A model generated the notes under the pieces. It saw only the letters and a list, made by a program, of their open reading frames with translations, was not told the DNA's origin and made no database searches. From contig OZ242195.1 of assembly GCA_965205975.1 (NCBI GenBank), positions 4,352,001 to 4,416,000 of the forward strand: a stretch of DNA of 64,000 bases, written 5' to 3'. Shown piece after piece: positions 53,347-63,836 of this stretch. Every line of letters begins with the position of its first letter. Positions within the stretch are counted from its first letter, which is position 1. The stretch comes from Candidatus Latescibacterota bacterium. Lineage in GTDB: Bacteria; Latescibacterota; UBA2968. A program made the translations under genes and the position numbers.

Positions 53347-53446
53347 GTAGTAGCTATGCCAGTTAATCCATCTACACTATCTCAGGAGAGAGATAAGTAG
53401 TAGCTATGCCAGTTAATCCATCTACACTATCTCAGGAGAGAGATAA
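53347..53446 (+). repeat. Exact 50-bp tandem duplication in the 5' leader
   Basis: GTAGTAGCTATGCC...CAGGAGAGAGATAA at 53347-53396 and 53397-53446. Confidence 0.95.
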
Positions 53447-53447
53447 T

Positions 53448-56225
53448 ATGCATAAAAAGCTTTTCATCTGTATGCTCTTCACTTTTCTCGCATTGTCCGC
53501 CCCTCCAATTCTTGCCCAGCACTCGGTGGCGCGGCAGTGGAATGAAGTCCTTTTGACGGCGATTAGCAATGATAAAGCCTTTCCCACAATCCAGGCTCGT
53601 AATCTTTTTCACACCAGTATAGCACTGTACGATGCATGGGCAGTGTACGGCGATGGACCCGAGCAGACTTATTTGCTGGGTAAAACAGTCAATGGTTTTG
53701 CTGTTCCCTTTGATGGTGTGCCCCGTCCCGACGATTTAGAGGAGGCCCGCCACGAGGCCATGAGCTATGCGGCTTATCGACTCATAGAACACCGCTTTGC
53801 CGATTCGCCCGGTGCGAGGACGACGTTCAATCGCATCGGCACGCTTATGCTACAACTGGGATACGATCCGAATTTCACCTCCACAGACTACGCCAGCGGC
53901 AACCCCGCGGCGCTGGGCAACTATATCGCCCGGCAATTGATTCAGTTCGGCTTGCAGGACGGGGCCAACGAGCAAGGCGATTACCGCAGTCGCTATTATA
54001 CACCGCTCAATCCGTCTTTAAACCCCTCCCTCCCGGGACATAACGGTCTTGTTGATCCCAATTTCTGGCAGCCTCTCATCGTTGGGGAATACGACGATTT
54101 TCTCACGCCAGAATGGGGTTCCATGATGCCCTTTGCCCTCGGCGAAGAGGACATGACGATGTACCAGCGGGACGGTGTCAACTATCCGGTTTTCCACGAT
54201 CCGGGACCGCCGCCCTGTATAGACTTCCAACAACAAAACAGTGAGCGCGCTGGACAGAGAATGGCGTCCGAAGAGTATCAATGGGGCTTTGCTCTCGTCG
54301 CGCTGTGGTCGTCTCATCTCGACCCGGCTGATGGCGTTCTGTGGAATATTTCGCCCGGTGCCATCGGCAATGCGCCCGCATTGCCCCAGACCTTGAGCGA
54401 GTATAAGGCGTTCTACAATTTTTTTGATGGCGGTGATGCCAGCCAGGGGCATCCGGTTAATCCCCACACCGGACAGCCCTATGAAGACCAGTGGGTGCCG
54501 CGTGCCGACTACGCCCGGGTGCTGGCTGAATTTTGGGCCGATGGTCCAGATACCGAGACGCCGCCGGGTCACTGGTTCAGTATTCTCAACTATGTCAGTG
54601 ACCATTCGCTTTTTGAGAAGCGTTTTAAGGGACAGGGACCGATTCTCGACGATCTGGCATGGGATGTGAAGGCATACTTATCCCTGGGGGGTGCCATGCA
54701 CGATGCCGCGGTGAGTGCGTGGAGCATAAAGTCCTGGTACGATTATGTCCGTCCCATTTCAGCCGTTCGCTGGCTGGCTGATCGTGGTCAGAGCAGCGAT
54801 CCCGACCTGCCGCGCTATGACCCGGCTGGTCTGCCGCTCGTCGATGGCTCTATCGAGTTGGTCAAAGCCAGCGATCCCCTCGCTGGCACATACGGCGAGC
54901 ATATTGGCAAAATCAAATTGAAGGCCTGGCGCGGTCCGGATTATGTCACGGATACGGCGACTGATATCGCCGGCGTGGGCTGGGTATTGGCCGAGAACTG
55001 GTGGCCGTATCAGCGGTCCAATTTTGTGACGCCGCCTTTTGCTGGCTATGTTTCGGGGCATTCGGTTTTTTCCAATGCGGCTGCCAGAGTTTTGACTTTG
55101 CTCACTGGGGATCCGTTTTTTCCAGGGGGAATGGGCGAGTTTCGCATCCAGCGCAATCGCTTTCTCGTTTTTGAGGAAGGTCCCAGTGTGGATGTGGTGC
55201 TGCAATGGGCTACGTATCAGGACGCTTCTGATCAGAGTTCTCTCTCGCGTCTGTGGGGCGGCATCCATCCACCTGTGGATGATATTCCTGCCCGTATCAT
55301 CGGTGTCCAGGTTGGCGAGGATGCTTTTGCACTGTCTGAAGCGTATTTTGGTCAGCCACTACCCTGGGCACCTGATGCGCCTGTGGTGACGGGGTCATCG
55401 GCGATTAGTGTGACGGTGAATTGGGAGGCGCTTCCCACGGCGATTATGGGCTATGATTTGCGCTACCGACAGGGCGATATCCTGGTCTTTACGGACGGTC
55501 CTCAGGATGTGACCGGGACGAGTGCGACTATCACCGGGCTAAGGCCCAATACCGCTTATGTGGTACAGGTGCGGGGAAGCAATGCGACAGGCGATGGCGA
55601 TTGGTCGGACGTGGGTATCGGTAAGACGGCCACGCCGTCCGTTTCTCTGGATGTGGATGACGATGAAGCAGATCAGTCTCTGTCTGTTCTCGATGTTTTT
55701 CCCGGTCGGGTTTTCTCTATCCAGATTTTTGGTACGTATTTTCAAGCGATAGATAATTTTTCACTGCGTTTTGAGTACGATGCGGCTCAGGTGGTTTATG
55801 AGGGGTTTAGCAGGGGTAGTGTATCTGGCACCTCGGCCCTCCCCGGAAGGGGTTTTGTGAGTATAGGAATGACGTTGTCGAAAGAAAATCCAGTGGTTGA
55901 TGGCAGTTTGATGGGCACCATTCGCTTTCGCACCACAGAGGCATTTTCAGGCACAGATATACGTCTGATGCGGGTGAGCGTTGTGGGAGAGGAATACGCC
56001 GAGGTACTACCCGTGGATCTGAATATTGCCCTGGGCAAGGCTACTCCTCCTTCTCCGGACTTTGACGGCAATGGGATTGTGGATAGCTCCGACTATGCGC
56101 TTTTTTATAATGCGTTTGGTGCCCGGGTGGGTCAAGCAGGGTATGAGGAAAAATACGATCTGGATGGCGATGGCGAGATTGGAATTTCCGATTTTCTGAT
56201 CTTTGTGGAGCACTTCGGCGGATAG
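53448..56225 (+). CDS. Secreted vanadium-dependent haloperoxidase-like protein with FN3, cohesin-like and dockerin/EF-hand domains
   Basis: Signal peptide MHKKL..ILA|Q; K.WYDYVRP, PPFAGYVSGHS, SRLWGGIH; FN3 (TGLRPNTAYVVQVRG); DFDGNGIVD..DLDGDGEIG. Confidence 0.85.
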   Translation: MHKKLFICMLFTFLALSAPPILAQHSVARQWNEVLLTAISNDKAFPTIQARNLFHTSIALYDAWAVYGDGPEQTYLLGKTVNGFAVPFDGVPRPDDLEEARHEAMSYAAYRLIEHRFADSPGARTTFNRIGTLMLQLGYDPNFTSTDYASGNPAALGNYIARQLIQFGLQDGANEQGDYRSRYYTPLNPSLNPSLPGHNGLVDPNFWQPLIVGEYDDFLTPEWGSMMPFALGEEDMTMYQRDGVNYPVFHDPGPPPCIDFQQQNSERAGQRMASEEYQWGFALVALWSSHLDPADGVLWNISPGAIGNAPALPQTLSEYKAFYNFFDGGDASQGHPVNPHTGQPYEDQWVPRADYARVLAEFWADGPDTETPPGHWFSILNYVSDHSLFEKRFKGQGPILDDLAWDVKAYLSLGGAMHDAAVSAWSIKSWYDYVRPISAVRWLADRGQSSDPDLPRYDPAGLPLVDGSIELVKASDPLAGTYGEHIGKIKLKAWRGPDYVTDTATDIAGVGWVLAENWWPYQRSNFVTPPFAGYVSGHSVFSNAAARVLTLLTGDPFFPGGMGEFRIQRNRFLVFEEGPSVDVVLQWATYQDASDQSSLSRLWGGIHPPVDDIPARIIGVQVGEDAFALSEAYFGQPLPWAPDAPVVTGSSAISVTVNWEALPTAIMGYDLRYRQGDILVFTDGPQDVTGTSATITGLRPNTAYVVQVRGSNATGDGDWSDVGIGKTATPSVSLDVDDDEADQSLSVLDVFPGRVFSIQIFGTYFQAIDNFSLRFEYDAAQVVYEGFSRGSVSGTSALPGRGFVSIGMTLSKENPVVDGSLMGTIRFRTTEAFSGTDIRLMRVSVVGEEYAEVLPVDLNIALGKATPPSPDFDGNGIVDSSDYALFYNAFGARVGQAGYEEKYDLDGDGEIGISDFLIFVEHFGG

Positions 56226-56303
56226 TGAATCTATTCTATCTGAAAATAAAAAAAGAAACACCGAGTTTATATCTGTTTAATCTTTCGGAAATAATCAGAC
56301 TGT

Positions 56304-56351
56304 AATTTTTACCCCGTCGCGATCATTGGGTATTGCGATGGGGTAAAAATT
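56304..56351. promoter_or_regulatory. Long hairpin (terminator or regulatory) upstream of urtA
   Basis: AATTTTTACCCCGTCGCGAT ... ATTGCGATGGGGTAAAAATT. Confidence 0.55.
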
Positions 56352-56474
56352 TATATGCACATTGGGTATTGCCTTGTTGAAAGGAGGCTTTTTGTTGGCT
56401 AACCTATTCGTTAAGAAGATTTTGTTTTTTCGAGGAATCACAAACCATACACACTGGATGGAGGTATCATACGT

Positions 56475-57740
56475 ATGAAAAAGTTTTTGAATATTTTGTT
56501 TGCCGCTGCACTGCTATGCACTACAGGTCTTTCTGTTCAGGCAGAGGAAACGGTTAAGCTCGGCGTGTTGCACTCTCTGAGTGGGACCATGGCGATCTCT
56601 GAGGTTTCACTGCGCGATGTCGTGCTTATGGCTGTTGGAGAGATCAATGCCAGTGGCGGTGTGCTGGGTAAGAAGATTGAACCCGTGGTTGTCGATCCGG
56701 CATCGGACTGGGACCTGTTTGCCGAGAAGGCCAAATCGTTGCTTCGGGAAGAGAAGGTCGCCGTGACTTTTGGTTGCTGGACTTCGGTTTCGCGCAAGTC
56801 TGTTTTGCCGGTTTTTGAAGAGAGCAATGGTTTGCTCTTTTATCCTGTTCAATACGAAGGGGAGGAGTGTTCTCGGAATATTATTTATACCGGTGCTACG
56901 CCCAACCAGCAGTTGATTCCCGCTGCGGAATATCTGATGAGTGAAGAAGGGGGCAGTTATAAGAAGTTTTATCTGCTGGGTACGGACTATGTTTTTCCGC
57001 GTACCGCGAATAAGATTCTTCGCGCTTTCTTGCTGCACAAGGGTGTGCCCGAAGAAAATATTATTGAAGAATATACGCCTTTTCACCATCAGGACTATCA
57101 GACCATAGTTCAGAAGATCAAGCGCTTTGCCGCCAATGGCGATGCGGCTGTTTTATCTACTATTAATGGCGATTCCAATGTTCCGTTCTATAAGGAATTT
57201 GCCAACCAGGGTCTCACATCGGCGATGTGCCCGATTATGGCGTTTTCTGTTGCTGAAGATGAATTGCGTTCGATGGATACGGAGTTTCTCGTCGGTCATC
57301 TGGCTGCCTGGAATTACTTCCAATCTATTCCCGTTGCGGAAAATCGCGCGTTTGTGAAGAAGTTTAAGGATTATTGCGCGGCAAACGGGTTGCCCGGTGG
57401 TGCCAAGCGGGTTACCGATGATCCCATCGTGTGGTCTTATGTGGGTGTTTATCTCTGGAAAGCCGCAGTGGAGAAAGCCGGTTCTTTTGATGTCGATGCC
57501 GTGCGTCCTGCGCTTTATGGCCTCAAATTTGACGGTCCAGGTGGTACGGTGATGATGGATCCGGTGAATCACCATTTGCACAAGCCTGTGCTGATTGGCG
57601 AGATCCGCAAGAACGGTCAATTCAAGATTGTATATGAGACCGATGGCCTCGTCGCTCCCGATCCCTGGGACGATATCACGAGTGCGGACAAAGATTGCGA
57701 TCATGTCAAGCACATGGGAACCTATACTCTCAAACAGTAG
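56475..57740 (+). CDS. urtA: Urea ABC transporter substrate-binding protein
   Basis: LHSLSGTMAISE, DPASDW, FGCWTS.SRK, FYPVQYEG. Confidence 0.95.
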   Translation: MKKFLNILFAAALLCTTGLSVQAEETVKLGVLHSLSGTMAISEVSLRDVVLMAVGEINASGGVLGKKIEPVVVDPASDWDLFAEKAKSLLREEKVAVTFGCWTSVSRKSVLPVFEESNGLLFYPVQYEGEECSRNIIYTGATPNQQLIPAAEYLMSEEGGSYKKFYLLGTDYVFPRTANKILRAFLLHKGVPEENIIEEYTPFHHQDYQTIVQKIKRFAANGDAAVLSTINGDSNVPFYKEFANQGLTSAMCPIMAFSVAEDELRSMDTEFLVGHLAAWNYFQSIPVAENRAFVKKFKDYCAANGLPGGAKRVTDDPIVWSYVGVYLWKAAVEKAGSFDVDAVRPALYGLKFDGPGGTVMMDPVNHHLHKPVLIGEIRKNGQFKIVYETDGLVAPDPWDDITSADKDCDHVKHMGTYTLKQ

Positions 57741-57745
57741 TGAAT

Positions 57746-57774
57746 AGGGCGGAGCAATTCGATTGCTCTGCCCT
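57746..57774 (+). promoter_or_regulatory. Intercistronic UUCG hairpin
   Basis: AGGGCGGAGCAAT-TCG-ATTGCTCTGCCCT, no U-tail. Confidence 0.55.
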
Positions 57775-57789
57775 TAAAAGGAGAAAAAA

Positions 57790-58689
57790 ATGAAAAAATT
57801 GTTGCTGCTTCTCACGATCCTGGCCTTTTCCGCCACTTCCTCATTCGCTCAGATCAAAATTACAGATAACCTCACGGTTACGGGATTTTTCGATATGTCG
57901 TCAACGTATGACACGGAATCCAAATCCAATAATCTGTCTTTTGATCAGTTTGAAGTTGATTTGCTCTACAGTTATGGACACGGGCTGTCAGCCCAGGCCG
58001 ATATCAATAGCTTGAGTGGTGGCTCTGTAGATCTCGAACAGGCTTTTGTGACTTATAAAGCACCGAATGGATTCAGTATTACGGGCGGTAAGTTTCTGAG
58101 TTGTTCGGGTTGGGAGACTGCAGAACCCACGGGTTTGTATCAATATTCTTATTCTGCTACACTCGTCTATGGTGGTTATCAAAATGGTGCCGCTGTGGGG
58201 TTTGGCAATGGCAAAGTCGGCTTTTTTGGCTCTGTTGTCTCCAGCGTGTGGGATGGGTCCGATACCAGTTTTGATGATCTGGGTTTTGAAGCACAGGTTG
58301 CTTTTACACCTGTTGAAGCATTCACGGCTAAGGTGGCGTACCTCTGGGAAGATATGGGTGGTTTTGAACAATCGCTTCTCAATGGTTGGGCAATGTATGC
58401 CACAGGTCCTGTGATACTGGCTGCGGAATACAACTATCTGGCGAACTGGGGAGAAAGTGGCAATAGTGGCTATGGTTGGATTTTAATGGGTAATATGGCT
58501 TTGTCCGACAAGGTTGGTGCCACGGTGCGCTACAGTGGTCTGGATACAGATGCCGATGGAAAGTTTACGGAGATTACCTTTAGTCCCAGCTATACGATTA
58601 CCGATAACTGGGGTGTGTTGGCCGAATTGCGCCGCGATATTGATTCAGAAGTGACCCTGTTTGCCTTTGAATCTATTTTTACGTTTTAA
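57790..58689 (+). CDS. Outer-membrane beta-barrel porin
   Basis: Signal peptide, amphipathic strands, LEQAFV, C-terminal Phe. Confidence 0.82.
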   Translation: MKKLLLLLTILAFSATSSFAQIKITDNLTVTGFFDMSSTYDTESKSNNLSFDQFEVDLLYSYGHGLSAQADINSLSGGSVDLEQAFVTYKAPNGFSITGGKFLSCSGWETAEPTGLYQYSYSATLVYGGYQNGAAVGFGNGKVGFFGSVVSSVWDGSDTSFDDLGFEAQVAFTPVEAFTAKVAYLWEDMGGFEQSLLNGWAMYATGPVILAAEYNYLANWGESGNSGYGWILMGNMALSDKVGATVRYSGLDTDADGKFTEITFSPSYTITDNWGVLAELRRDIDSEVTLFAFESIFTF

Positions 58690-58788
58690 CTTAAAAAAAT
58701 CCCCCGCAAAAGAGGGATGCTGCTCTCCTCTGGTCTCTCCCAGGAAGGTGGGCGGTGTCTCTCGCTGTGGAGATGCTGACTTAAACGC

Positions 58789-60462
58789 ATGAAAATAAAA
58801 CGCCACAATTTTTTGCGCTCTGTCTGCACGCTGGCCCTCATTTTGGGCGCATCGCCCATCCAGGCACAGATAGATCACCAATTGCAACTCGGGCGCATTA
58901 CCAGCAATGACCGCGATAGCATCACTACTGCGGTTAGAGTTATTTCCAATGCAAAAGATGTCGCTTATTATGCCCTGATGGTTGCGCTTTTCAACGGTGA
59001 ACTCTATCTGAAGAATAACGATCTCGTCATTATCGGCGACATGCAAGAAGACGATTATGGCGATACCTTCGCCCCGCTCTACACCGCCTATCCCAAACGC
59101 CATCCCATTTTGGACGATGAGGGCAAGCCCCTCATTGCGTCGCTGATCGATCTCGAAGAGATTGATAGCAACCGCCGCATCCGCGCGCTTATTCAACCCT
59201 ATCTCACGCAGATGGAGATTTTTCATCCGGATCCCGGCAAGCGCCGCGTTGCTGTAGAAACGCTGGGGAATCGCGGTGATCTGGGCGCGGTTCCCACGCT
59301 GCGAGATGCTCTGGAGAAAGAGGCGGATAGCAGTATCCAAAGTCTGATCCGCGTTGCTCTGGGTAAGCTCGAACTCACACATCCCAGTCCCGAAGTTCGT
59401 CTCAATGCGGCTAAAGCGCTGGGTGAACTCAATAATACATTCGTCCTTTCTTTTTTGCGCGCGCGTGTTGAACCCGATGCCAATGGCAATATTGCCGAGT
59501 TGGATCCCGCGGTTCAGGACGAGATACGCGATGCAATTCAGGGTTTGGAGACATTTAACCAGATTATGGTGGTGATCCAGACCGCTTTTGTCGGTCTCAG
59601 TCTGGGGTCTATTTTGATTCTGATTGCGCTTGGTCTGGCGGTTATTTATGGGCAGATCGGTATTATCAATATGGCGCACGGCGAGTTTATGATGGTTGGG
59701 GCTTATTTTACGTTTGTTGTTCAGAATATTTGCATGATTGTCCTGCCCGCTGCCTATGTCGATCTGTTTTTTTTACTGTCTTTGCCGGTTGCATTTCTCG
59801 CGGCTGGCAGTATGGGTTTGCTTGTGGAGTCTGTAGTTATTCGCCGTCTTTACAATCGTCCGCTCGAGAGTTTGCTGGCTACATGGGGGATTGGTCTTAT
59901 TCTGGTGCAACTGGCGCGTACGATTTTTGGGGATCTCACGGCTGTCAAGCTGCCCCAGATTCTCAGTGGTGGTTTTGAATTGGCACCGCAGGTTATGTTG
60001 CCGTATAACCGGATCTTTATCATTGGTCTCACGGCTGTTATTCTGATTGGTCTGGTCGCGTTTTTCTTTAAGACCCGGTTTGGTCTCCGGTTGCGCGCGG
60101 TTACACAAAATCGCGAGATGAGTGCTTGTATGGGTATTCCTACCCGTCGCGTTGATGCGATTGCGTTTTTTATCGGTACGGGTATCGCAGGGATCGCGGG
60201 ATGGGCTATGACGCTTATTGGCAATGTCGTTCCGAATATGGGACAGACGTATATTGTCGATGCTTTTCTCGTGGTTGTCGTTGGCGGTGTTGGAAAAATT
60301 TTGGGAACTGTGGTGGCGGGTCTCGGTATTGGTGTTTCCAATAAGGTTATTGAACCCTTTGCCGAAGCCGTTTATGCCAAGGTTCTCATTTTGGGGCTTA
60401 TTATCCTCTTTTTACAGTTGCGTCCCACAGGCATCTTTCCCGCGAAGGGGAGAGATGAATAG
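58789..60462 (+). CDS. urtB: Urea ABC permease with N-terminal HEAT-like domain
   Basis: GLSLGSIL..LGLA, INMAHGEF, RPLESLLATWG. Confidence 0.93.
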   Translation: MKIKRHNFLRSVCTLALILGASPIQAQIDHQLQLGRITSNDRDSITTAVRVISNAKDVAYYALMVALFNGELYLKNNDLVIIGDMQEDDYGDTFAPLYTAYPKRHPILDDEGKPLIASLIDLEEIDSNRRIRALIQPYLTQMEIFHPDPGKRRVAVETLGNRGDLGAVPTLRDALEKEADSSIQSLIRVALGKLELTHPSPEVRLNAAKALGELNNTFVLSFLRARVEPDANGNIAELDPAVQDEIRDAIQGLETFNQIMVVIQTAFVGLSLGSILILIALGLAVIYGQIGIINMAHGEFMMVGAYFTFVVQNICMIVLPAAYVDLFFLLSLPVAFLAAGSMGLLVESVVIRRLYNRPLESLLATWGIGLILVQLARTIFGDLTAVKLPQILSGGFELAPQVMLPYNRIFIIGLTAVILIGLVAFFFKTRFGLRLRAVTQNREMSACMGIPTRRVDAIAFFIGTGIAGIAGWAMTLIGNVVPNMGQTYIVDAFLVVVVGGVGKILGTVVAGLGIGVSNKVIEPFAEAVYAKVLILGLIILFLQLRPTGIFPAKGRDE

Positions 60463-60474
60463 ACGAGATATTTT

Positions 60475-61569
60475 ATGAATTACTACCGTCCCATTATTGT
60501 ATTCCTCATTTTTGGTATTGCCGCGCCCGTGCTCAATGAGATGGGGTTGCTTTCTGATACGACGTTGAATCTCTGGGGTCGCTATTTTTGTTTTGCGATT
60601 GCCGCACTGGGGATTGATCTGATCTGGGGATATACGGGTATTCTGTCGCTGTGTCAGGCGTTCTTTTTTTGTTTGGGTGGGTATGCGATTGGCATGCACA
60701 TGCTGCTCAAGACGGGTACGCAAGGGGTTTATGGGAGTGCGTTGCCCGATTTTATGGTGTGGAATCGCGTGGAGCAATTGCCCATCTTTTGGGAGCCTTT
60801 TCACACTTTTACATTTGCGTTTATTCTGGCGCTTATGATTCCGGCGATTATTGCGCTTATTTTTGGGTTTCTCGCTTTTCGCAGCCGTCTCCAGGGGGTT
60901 TATTTTGCCATTATTACGCAGGCGCTTGCTCTGGGCGTCTGGCTCATTTTTTTGCGGAATGAAACCATGCTCGGCGGTACCAATGGTCTGACGGATTTTA
61001 AGACTTTGCTCGGTTTTGAATTGGCTGATTCGGCGAGTAAACGCGGTCTTTATATTATTGCTTTTGTCACGCTTTTTGCTTCTTATTTTTTGTGCCGTTT
61101 TATGGTAAAATCCAAGCTCGGGCGCGTGCTTATTGCGGTTCGCGATAGCGAGCATCGGTTGCGTTTTATCGGCTATCGCGTTGCCAGTTACAAAGTATTC
61201 GTGTTTGTGATGGCAAGTATGCTCGGTGCTCTGGGTGGATTGCTCTATGTGCCTCAGACCGGGATTATTACACCGGGTCGGATGGATGTGCAGGCTTCTA
61301 TTGAGATGGTGATATGGGTTGCTGTTGGCGGGCGGGGGACTCTGATCGGTCCTATTATCGGCGCAGTACTTGTCAATCTTTTGTACAGTTTTTTGACGGG
61401 TGCGTTCCCCGGTACCTGGCTCTATTTTTTGGGCTTTCTCTTTATTGGCGTTGTGCTCTTTTTTCCCGATGGTCTCATTGGTCTGAGGTCTAAGATAAAG
61501 ATAAGTAGTTTGAAGCGATTTTTTTCCATACGCACTCCTGCACCTGTAGCCGCTGAAAGTCAGGATTGA
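60475..61569 (+). CDS. urtC: Urea ABC permease
   Basis: DLIWGYTGILSL, LPDFM.W, GVYFAIITQA, VAVGGRGTL. Confidence 0.93.
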   Translation: MNYYRPIIVFLIFGIAAPVLNEMGLLSDTTLNLWGRYFCFAIAALGIDLIWGYTGILSLCQAFFFCLGGYAIGMHMLLKTGTQGVYGSALPDFMVWNRVEQLPIFWEPFHTFTFAFILALMIPAIIALIFGFLAFRSRLQGVYFAIITQALALGVWLIFLRNETMLGGTNGLTDFKTLLGFELADSASKRGLYIIAFVTLFASYFLCRFMVKSKLGRVLIAVRDSEHRLRFIGYRVASYKVFVFVMASMLGALGGLLYVPQTGIITPGRMDVQASIEMVIWVAVGGRGTLIGPIIGAVLVNLLYSFLTGAFPGTWLYFLGFLFIGVVLFFPDGLIGLRSKIKISSLKRFFSIRTPAPVAAESQD

Positions 61570-61570
61570 T

Positions 61571-62323
61571 ATGATATTTGATCCGGTTCTGCTGACTGTT
61601 GAAAATCTGCGCGTGTCTTTTGATGGATTTGTCGCGCTCGATATAGACGAGTTTGTCCTGCACGACCGCGAATTGCGCGTTGTTATCGGTCCAAATGGTG
61701 CGGGTAAGACGACGTTTCTCGATGTTTTATGTGGCAAAACCAGACCCGATCGCGGCAGTGCGCGTTTTGAAAGGTTCGATCTCACCCAGATGAGCGAAGA
61801 TGCGATTGTCAAAGCGGGTGTTGGTCGGAAGTTTCAAACGCCGTCTGTTTTTACTTCTCTTACGGTGTACGAGAATCTGATGCTCGCGCTCAAAACCGAT
61901 CGCACGGTTCTTTTTTCACTTGTTTCGCGTCTGTCGGAGAAGAGTCGAGATCGCATCCAGGCTGTTGCAGAGCAGACGGGTCTGGCTGATCATCTGCATA
62001 CGGTTGCCGATGCTCTTTCGCACGGGCAAAAACAGTGGCTCGAGATTGCGATGGTCATTTTGCAAGATCCCGAGCTTTTTTTGATTGATGAACCCGCTGC
62101 TGGTATGACGGATGAAGAGACGGTTAAGACTGGGGAACTTCTCGAACGCTTGACGATGAATCACGCGATTATTGTTATTGAACACGATATGGAATTTGTG
62201 AGACAGATCGCCCGCACGGTTACTGTTCTCCACGAGGGCAAGGTGCTCGTTGAAGGACCGATGGATCAGGTGCAAAATGATCCCCGGGTTATTGAGTGTT
62301 ATTTGGGTAGTGCGCAACATTGA
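61571..62323 (+). CDS. urtD: Urea ABC ATPase
   Basis: GPNGAGKT, GRKFQTP, LSHGQKQWLEI. Confidence 0.93.
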   Translation: MIFDPVLLTVENLRVSFDGFVALDIDEFVLHDRELRVVIGPNGAGKTTFLDVLCGKTRPDRGSARFERFDLTQMSEDAIVKAGVGRKFQTPSVFTSLTVYENLMLALKTDRTVLFSLVSRLSEKSRDRIQAVAEQTGLADHLHTVADALSHGQKQWLEIAMVILQDPELFLIDEPAAGMTDEETVKTGELLERLTMNHAIIVIEHDMEFVRQIARTVTVLHEGKVLVEGPMDQVQNDPRVIECYLGSAQH

Positions 62324-63058
62324 ATGGATAGTATTTTAATGACGACGACCACAGACATCGCGCTTACCGTTCGAGGTCTGGATGTTTATTACGGTGAGAG
62401 CCAGATTTTGCGCGATATTGATATGGATATTCCCAGAGGGGCTATTGTGGCGATTATGGGGCGCAATGGGGTTGGGAAGACGACACTTATTAAGACGATT
62501 GTTGGTCTGTTGCGTCCTCGGCGAGGGAATATTCTGTTGAACGGAGAAAATATAACGGGGCAGACACCGGATTTGAGGGCGCGCGCGGGTTTGAGTTATG
62601 TGCCGCAGGGGCGAGAGATTTTTCCCAGGCTGACGGTGAATGAGAATTTGCAAATTGGTCTGGAGGCGCGCACAGATGGTCTTGTATCTCTGCCGGAGGA
62701 TCTGATTTACGATCTTTTTCCCGTGTTGGCCGATATGCAAGATCGTATGGGTGGAAATCTCAGTGGTGGGCAGCAACAGCAACTCGCCATTGCCCGTGCG
62801 CTCGTTGGCGATCCGGATATTCTCATTCTGGATGAACCTACAGAAGGCATTCAGCCTTCGATTATTCTCGATATAGAAAATGTGTTGATCCATCTGAAGG
62901 ACAAAGGGAATCTCACCATTATTCTGGTGGAGCAGTACTTTGATTTTGCCCGACAGATTGCCGATTATTTTTATTTGATGGATCGCGGGACCATTGCGTT
63001 GTGCGGTTCTGCGGATGAATTGTCGGATGAGAGTATTAAGCAGTATCTTACGTTTTAA
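62324..63058 (+). CDS. urtE: Urea ABC ATPase
   Basis: [39 protein letters not shown]. Confidence 0.93.
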   Translation: MDSILMTTTTDIALTVRGLDVYYGESQILRDIDMDIPRGAIVAIMGRNGVGKTTLIKTIVGLLRPRRGNILLNGENITGQTPDLRARAGLSYVPQGREIFPRLTVNENLQIGLEARTDGLVSLPEDLIYDLFPVLADMQDRMGGNLSGGQQQQLAIARALVGDPDILILDEPTEGIQPSIILDIENVLIHLKDKGNLTIILVEQYFDFARQIADYFYLMDRGTIALCGSADELSDESIKQYLTF

Positions 63059-63071
63059 TCAGGGATTTTTC

Positions 63072-63836
63072 ATGTATTTATCGCCCAAAGAAATTGACAA
63101 ATTGATGCTTCACAACGCGGGTTTTCTCGCGCAGAAGCGGTATGCTCGGGGCTTGCGTCTCAATTACCCCGAAGCCGTGTCGCTTATCGCGGCACAGCTT
63201 CTCGAGTTTATCCGCGATGGCGAGTCCGTTGCCACGCTTATGGACAAGGGCAAGCAATTGCTCGGTACGGAAGATGTTTTGCCCGGTGTTCCGGATATGG
63301 TTCAGGAGGTGCAGGTGGAGGGTACGTTTCCCGATGGGACGAAGCTCGTCACGGTTCACCATCCCATCTGCCGCGCAGAAGGCGATTCTGAACTCGCGTT
63401 GTACGGTTCGGGGCTTACGCGCGTCCGCTCGTCTTGGTCGCCGGATAATACGGTTTCTGAAAGGCCGGGTACCGGGACTACGGCTGCCGATCCAATTACG
63501 CTCAATGCGGACCGGGAGACGATTTCTCTTTCTGTGACCAATACCGGAGATCGTCCGATACAGGTGGGTTCGCATTATACATTTTTTGAAGTTAATCCCG
63601 CGCTTTCGTTTGATCGCGAGAAAGCCTATGGCTTCCGTCTCGATATTCCGTCCGGTACTGCCGTGCGTTTTGAACCGGGTGAAAGCAGGACGGTTGATCT
63701 CGTGGCTATTGCCGGCAACCGCACGGTCTATGGGGGGAATGGGCTTATTTCGGGGCAGATTGATGAGAATAAGGCAGAGGCTTTGCAAAGGGCGAGGGAT
63801 GGTGGATTTAAGGGGAGTCCAAATGTCTCAGATTGA
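63072..63836 (+). CDS. ureAB: Urease fused gamma/beta subunit
   Basis: [46 protein letters not shown]. Confidence 0.95.
   Translation: MYLSPKEIDKLMLHNAGFLAQKRYARGLRLNYPEAVSLIAAQLLEFIRDGESVATLMDKGKQLLGTEDVLPGVPDMVQEVQVEGTFPDGTKLVTVHHPICRAEGDSELALYGSGLTRVRSSWSPDNTVSERPGTGTTAADPITLNADRETISLSVTNTGDRPIQVGSHYTFFEVNPALSFDREKAYGFRLDIPSGTAVRFEPGESRTVDLVAIAGNRTVYGGNGLISGQIDENKAEALQRARDGGFKGSPNVSD

Noticed and set aside
56395..56411. TTGGCTAACCTATTCG as a sigma54 promoter for urtA
   Set aside because: The -12 element is CG rather than GC
56226..56474. Guanidine or glutamine riboswitch upstream of urtA
   Set aside because: I could not identify the conserved motifs by eye; an Rfam scan is needed
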